Assembly: GCA_030606485.1 (NCBI GenBank)
Contig: JAUWGH010000001.1
Location: 870,001-902,000 of the forward strand
Origin: Promethearchaeota archaeon
GTDB taxonomy: Archaea > Asgardarchaeota > Lokiarchaeia > Sigyniarchaeales > SOKP01
Reading direction: 5' to 3'
DNA length: 32,000 bases
Part shown: positions 27,546 through 32,000 of the stretch, piece after piece
Position numbering within the stretch: position 1 is the stretch's first letter
How the letters are laid out: the number at the start of each line of letters is the position of its first letter
The notes under the pieces: model-generated
Told to the model about the DNA's origin: nothing
The model's database searches: none
Seen by the model: only the letters and a program-made list of their open reading frames with translations
Position numbers and translations under genes: made by a program

Positions 27546-30386
27546 ATGGAACAAATTAATGCACATTCTATAAGTATTGAAGAAGTAGCAAAAAGATATA
27601 ATACCTCATTAGAAACAGGTTTGACAGAAGCAGAGACTCAAGTAAAGCTTGAAAAATATGGAAGGAATGAGTTAATTAAAGAAAAAGGAAAGACTGCTTG
27701 GCAATTATTTATAGGCCAATTTAAAAGTTTTCTTGTCTATTTGTTGATTTTTGCAATTATTATCTCTATTATTATAGGAGCTTGGGAATCCACTAGACCA
27801 GGAGCATCAGCTTGGTCATCTGAATACACAGATGCTTTAGTAATTAGTTCCATTTTAATTATAAATGCAATATTAGGATTTTATCAAGAATACAAGGCTG
27901 AAGAATCACTTGAAAGCTTAAAAAAATTAGCACCTCATTATGCGAAAGTACAAAGGGATGGAATAGTTAAGGAAATAGGTGTTGAAGATGTTGTTCCCGG
28001 AGATATTGTGCTAGTAGAGGAAGGAGATAAGTTTCCAGCAGACATAAGACTTACGAAACAATTTTCTCTTTATGTGGATGAGGCTATATTAACAGGAGAG
28101 TCGAAACCAGTTCAGAAACAATTGGATATTGTAGATGAAAAGATGATTTTAGCAGATAGAACCAACCTTGGGTATATGAACACGATAGTAACTAGAGGAA
28201 ATGGAGAGGGTATTGTAATAGGAACAGGAATGAGTACTGAAATAGGAAAAATCGCGGGGAAATTACAAGAAGTGGTAATAGAACCAAGTCCCTTCCAAAA
28301 GGAAGTAGATAAATTTGGAAAACAATTAGGAATTATTATTATAATAATATGCGTAGCAGTTTTTGTATTTGAATTCGTTCTCATATTAATAACTGAAGGT
28401 TTTATAATTACTGAGCAGGGGATTGAAGACATCATAGATGCTTTTAAAATAGCAATAAGTTTAGCTGTTTCGGCGGTTCCTGAAGGATTAGTTGTAGTTA
28501 TTACGGTTGTAATGAGTATAGGGATGAGGAAAATGGTGGATCGAAACGCACTGGTGAGGAAATTGACAGCTGTTGAAACATTGGGAAGAGTGAATGTGAT
28601 CTGTTCTGATAAAACCGGGACTTTGACTAAAAATGAAATGACCGTTGTAAAAATATATTTCAATGATAAAGAGTTATCTGTTGAAGGTGTAGGATACAAT
28701 ATTAAAGGGAAGATTCTTGAAGATGAAAAACCAATCGTTATGAATGATGACCTTAAAAGGTTTCTAGAAGTTTGCTTATTTTGTAATGATTCTCATGTTA
28801 GTATAATTGATCAAAAAACTGGAGATCTGGCAGTGGTTGGTGATCCAACTGAGATTTCTATGAAAGTGTTAGCATTAAAAGGGAAAATAGATCAGTCTTT
28901 CGAGAAAATGGATGAGATCCCATTTAGTTCTGATAGAAAAATGATGACTGTAATTGGAAAAAAAGATGAAAAAATAATCGCTTATATAAAAGGAGCTCCT
29001 GATATACTCATGAAAAACGCCTCTAAGGTTGTTTTAAACGGAGAAATAAAACCAATTGATGTTTTTAAAGATAAAATCTTAGAAAAAAATGAAGAGTTAG
29101 CAAAGAATGCATTAAGAGTTCTTGGGGTTGCATATAAAGAATTAAATTCTGATTATAATATCAATGATGTAGAAAAGGATTATATTTATATCGGATTGGT
29201 TGGGATAATAGATCCACCCAGAGATGAAGTATTAGAAGCGATCAATGGAGCAAGAAGAGCTGGAATCAGAACAATTATGATTACAGGTGATCATAAAATT
29301 ACTGCTCTCGCCATTGGAAAGGCAATTGGTTTAACTGAATCAGATGAAGCAATTACAGGTGTGGAATTAGAGGAGATGAGCGAAGATGAGCTACGAGAAA
29401 AAGTTAAAACAGTAAATGTTTTTGCAAGAGTTACGTCAGAACATAAATTAAGAATATTAAGAAGACTAAAGGAGTTAGATATGATTGTATCTATGACTGG
29501 TGATGGAGTTAATGATGCCCCAGCTGTAAAAGGGGCACATGTTGGTGTTGCAATGGGATTAAAAGGTACTGAGGTTACTCAAGAAGCTTCGGAAATGATT
29601 TTAATTGATGATAATTATGCAACTATTGTTAATGCAATAGAAGAAGGGAGAGGTATATTTGAAACAACTAAAGGTTTCTTTCGTTACATGTTAAGCACCA
29701 ATTTTGATGAGATTTTTCTAATAATAACAGCATATTTAGTGATGAAATTATTTGCAAATGTTTTCTTGGCTCTTCCATTAGAACCAATTCAAATTCTTTG
29801 GTTAAATATTGCAACAGATGGCATACCAGCAATGGTATTGGGATTAACTCCTACAGACCCCGATGTGATGAAACAAAAACCGCGAAAAGGTTTTACATTA
29901 ATGCCCGAAATAAAAGGACCAGTTCTTTTTCTGGGAATTTACACGGCTATTACTGATATTGGTCTATATTTGATTCTCTGGATATATCTAATACCTCTTT
30001 GGAGTACCATAGATCCTAATTTGATAGGTTATATGGTGGAGGGTTCTGCAGCACAACAATATGCAATTACATTATCTCAAACAATAATATTTACAAACTT
30101 AGTAATTTGCGAATTATTGTTTGTATTCACATGTACTTCGAATATAAAACCATTTTATAAGTTTCCAAATAAGCATTTATTTTGGGCTGTCGGACTATCT
30201 TTTGGATTACAATTGTTATTACTTTATACCCCGTTAGGTCTTGCATTTCGTATTATGCCCTTAACACAATGGTATCATTGGGTTGTAGTTTTTATTGGCG
30301 CATTTAGTGTTTCTGTTGTTGACGAGTTAAGAAAATACTTTATCAGACGAAAACAAAGAAAAATTCCAAATATCGAACATTATTAA
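27546..30386 (+). CDS. P-type IIA (SERCA-like) Ca2+-transporting ATPase
   Basis: TGES, PEGL, DKTGT, KGAPD, DPPR, TGDGVND, TM5 STNFDE, TM6 NIATD and a TM8 Glu. Confidence 0.93.
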   Translation: MEQINAHSISIEEVAKRYNTSLETGLTEAETQVKLEKYGRNELIKEKGKTAWQLFIGQFKSFLVYLLIFAIIISIIIGAWESTRPGASAWSSEYTDALVISSILIINAILGFYQEYKAEESLESLKKLAPHYAKVQRDGIVKEIGVEDVVPGDIVLVEEGDKFPADIRLTKQFSLYVDEAILTGESKPVQKQLDIVDEKMILADRTNLGYMNTIVTRGNGEGIVIGTGMSTEIGKIAGKLQEVVIEPSPFQKEVDKFGKQLGIIIIIICVAVFVFEFVLILITEGFIITEQGIEDIIDAFKIAISLAVSAVPEGLVVVITVVMSIGMRKMVDRNALVRKLTAVETLGRVNVICSDKTGTLTKNEMTVVKIYFNDKELSVEGVGYNIKGKILEDEKPIVMNDDLKRFLEVCLFCNDSHVSIIDQKTGDLAVVGDPTEISMKVLALKGKIDQSFEKMDEIPFSSDRKMMTVIGKKDEKIIAYIKGAPDILMKNASKVVLNGEIKPIDVFKDKILEKNEELAKNALRVLGVAYKELNSDYNINDVEKDYIYIGLVGIIDPPRDEVLEAINGARRAGIRTIMITGDHKITALAIGKAIGLTESDEAITGVELEEMSEDELREKVKTVNVFARVTSEHKLRILRRLKELDMIVSMTGDGVNDAPAVKGAHVGVAMGLKGTEVTQEASEMILIDDNYATIVNAIEEGRGIFETTKGFFRYMLSTNFDEIFLIITAYLVMKLFANVFLALPLEPIQILWLNIATDGIPAMVLGLTPTDPDVMKQKPRKGFTLMPEIKGPVLFLGIYTAITDIGLYLILWIYLIPLWSTIDPNLIGYMVEGSAAQQYAITLSQTIIFTNLVICELLFVFTCTSNIKPFYKFPNKHLFWAVGLSFGLQLLLLYTPLGLAFRIMPLTQWYHWVVVFIGAFSVSVVDELRKYFIRRKQRKIPNIEHY
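28584..28652 (+). repeat. 69-bp perfect repeat shared by the two ATPase genes (second copy 31767-31835)
   Basis: ggaagagtgaatgtgatctgttctgataaaaccgggactttgactaaaaatgaaatgaccgttgtaaaa is identical in both genes. Confidence 0.9.
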
Positions 30387-30408
30387 TTTTTTTCTGGTTT
30401 TTTTTTTT
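30387..30408 (+). terminator. Archaeal oligo-T terminator candidate
   Basis: tttttttctggttttttttttt immediately follows the ATPase stop codon. Confidence 0.5.
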
Positions 30409-30728
30409 AAATTAATCACAAACATTATCTACAAATGCTTAAAAACGATTTTCAAGTTCTTTTAGATTATTTAAAACACCATAAATAATTTTCCCAAATC
30501 ATTAGTTTTAAAGTATTTATCAATTATCTCATTAAAAACTTCGATTATATTTTTAATAAAGATAACTATAAACAATAATCCCTCTAAACAAATTGAAGTA
30601 GGCAATATAAAAATTGTATTTTCTTTTTAAAAAAGGTTTTAAGATATCAATATTTATTGAATTTATATTTTTAAATCGAATATTGTTTTTCAAAAAAATT
30701 TAAATAAAAATTTGTATTTTGAGGAGAT

Positions 30729-32000
30729 ATGGAGCAAATTAATGCACATTCTATAAGCTTTGAAGAAGTTGTAAAGGCATTTAATAGTTCAATTGATACT
30801 GGCTTAACAGAATCAAAAGTGAGCGCAAACCTCGAAAAGTACGGGAGAAATGAATTAATTAAAGAAAAAGGAAAGACGGCATTGGATATATTTTTAAGTC
30901 AATTTAAGGACTTTCTAATTTATTTATTGATTTTTGCAATTATAATATCAGTAATAATAGGAGCATGGGAAGCATCCCGACCAGGTGCTTCAGCATGGTC
31001 TTCAGAATATACTGATGCAGTTGTAATACTCGCTATATTAATTGTTAATGCAATTCTAGGGTTTTATCAAGAATATAAAGCAGAAAAATCTCTTGAAAGT
31101 TTAAAAAAATTAGCACCTCATTATGCTAAAGTACGAAGAGAAGGAATAGTTAAGGAAATAAGCGTCGAAGAAGTTGTTCCTGGAGATATTGTGTTAGTAG
31201 AGGAAGGAGATAAATTTCCCGCAGATATAAGACTAACGAAACAATTCTCACTTTATGTGGATGAAGCACTATTAACAGGAGAATCGCAACCAGTTAAGAA
31301 ACAATTAGACATTGTAGATGAAAAGATGATTTTAGCAGATAGAATCAACCTTGGATATATGAATACTATAATTACGCGGGGGAATGGAGAAGGTATTGTA
31401 ATTGGAACAGGAATGAAAACAGAAATCGGAAAGATTGCAGGAAAACTACAAGAAGAGGTTATAGAACCAAGTCCTTTCCAGAAAGAAGTTAATAGATTCG
31501 GAAAACAGTTAGGAATAATAATAATGATAATATGTGGTGCTGTCTTTTTAGTTGAAGTGGTTCTAATAATAGTTACGGGAGGTTTTGTTTTTACAGAACA
31601 AAATATTGAGGAAATCATAACTGCATTTGAAATAGCGATAAGTTTAGCAGTTTCTGCCGTGCCTGAAGGATTAATTGTAGTGATCACTGTTGTTATGAGC
31701 ATCGGAATGAGAAAAATGGCAAATCGAAATGCATTGGTGAGGAAACTGACGGCTGTCGAAACTTTAGGAAGAGTGAATGTGATCTGTTCTGATAAAACCG
31801 GGACTTTGACTAAAAATGAAATGACCGTTGTAAAATTATATGTAGATGATAAAGAGCTTCCCATTGAAGGTGTTGGATACAACATTAATGGAAGCATACT
31901 CAAAAGTGAAAAATCAATCGTTAATAATGATGATCTTAAAATATTTTTGGAAGTATGTATGTTTTGCAATAATTCTCATGTTAGTTTAGTTGATCAAAAA
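30729..32000 (+). CDS. Second P-type IIA ATPase, tandem paralogue, 3' truncated by the window end (absent from the ORF track)
   Basis: gaggag SD followed by ATG at 30729 (MEQINAHSISFEEVVKAFNSS...). It encodes TGES, PEGL and DKTGT, is colinear with 27546..30386, and I saw no stop before the window end. Confidence 0.9.
   Translation, partial: MEQINAHSISFEEVVKAFNSSIDTGLTESKVSANLEKYGRNELIKEKGKTALDIFLSQFKDFLIYLLIFAIIISVIIGAWEASRPGASAWSSEYTDAVVILAILIVNAILGFYQEYKAEKSLESLKKLAPHYAKVRREGIVKEISVEEVVPGDIVLVEEGDKFPADIRLTKQFSLYVDEALLTGESQPVKKQLDIVDEKMILADRINLGYMNTIITRGNGEGIVIGTGMKTEIGKIAGKLQEEVIEPSPFQKEVNRFGKQLGIIIMIICGAVFLVEVVLIIVTGGFVFTEQNIEEIITAFEIAISLAVSAVPEGLIVVITVVMSIGMRKMANRNALVRKLTAVETLGRVNVICSDKTGTLTKNEMTVVKLYVDDKELPIEGVGYNINGSILKSEKSIVNNDDLKIFLEVCMFCNNSHVSLVDQK

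Noticed and set aside
5607-31969. Short overlapping ORFs in the track (5607, 6345, 9974, 11247, 12026, 15200, 15722, 18000, 18785, 22092, 28112, 31253)
   Set aside because: They lie within well-supported genes, antisense or out of frame, and carry no motifs. The two long ones (28112, 31253) are parallel shadows of the duplicated ATPase frames.
1-32000. tRNA, rRNA, CRISPR array, IS transposase or integrase
   Set aside because: I saw no GC-rich structured RNA segment, no regularly spaced repeats and no transposase or recombinase motifs. The intergenic regions are uniformly AT-rich.

Overview
This is a very AT-rich window that reads like an Asgard archaeon, most likely Lokiarchaeia/Promethearchaeia. 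The taxonomy is inferred from the joint presence of a longin-Arf-like GTPase fusion, a Rab-like GTPase without a prenylation Cys, ESCRT-II (EAP30/Vps22-36)-like winged-helix modules, a JAMM/MPN protein and a PCI-like protein. These sit among anaerobic metabolic genes: acyl-CoA dehydrogenase, phosphohexomutase, PncC, prenyl synthase, CoA-transferase III, radical SAM, Isf flavoprotein, two HdrD/GlpC-like Fe-S proteins, two M28 peptidases and two tandem SERCA-like P-type ATPases. I found no tRNA, rRNA or CRISPR array. Three observations stand out. (1) A free-standing LAGLIDADG endonuclease lies between the intact phosphomutase gene and an orphan, synonymously diverged copy of that gene's 3' end, which looks like a homing element that replaces the 3' end of its target gene. 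(2) A membrane-anchored protein carries two tandem ESCRT-II-like WH-WH modules. (3) An intact JAMM isopeptidase domain is fused to alpha-SNAP-like repeats. All family calls come from motif reading and remembered family sequences, not from database searches.
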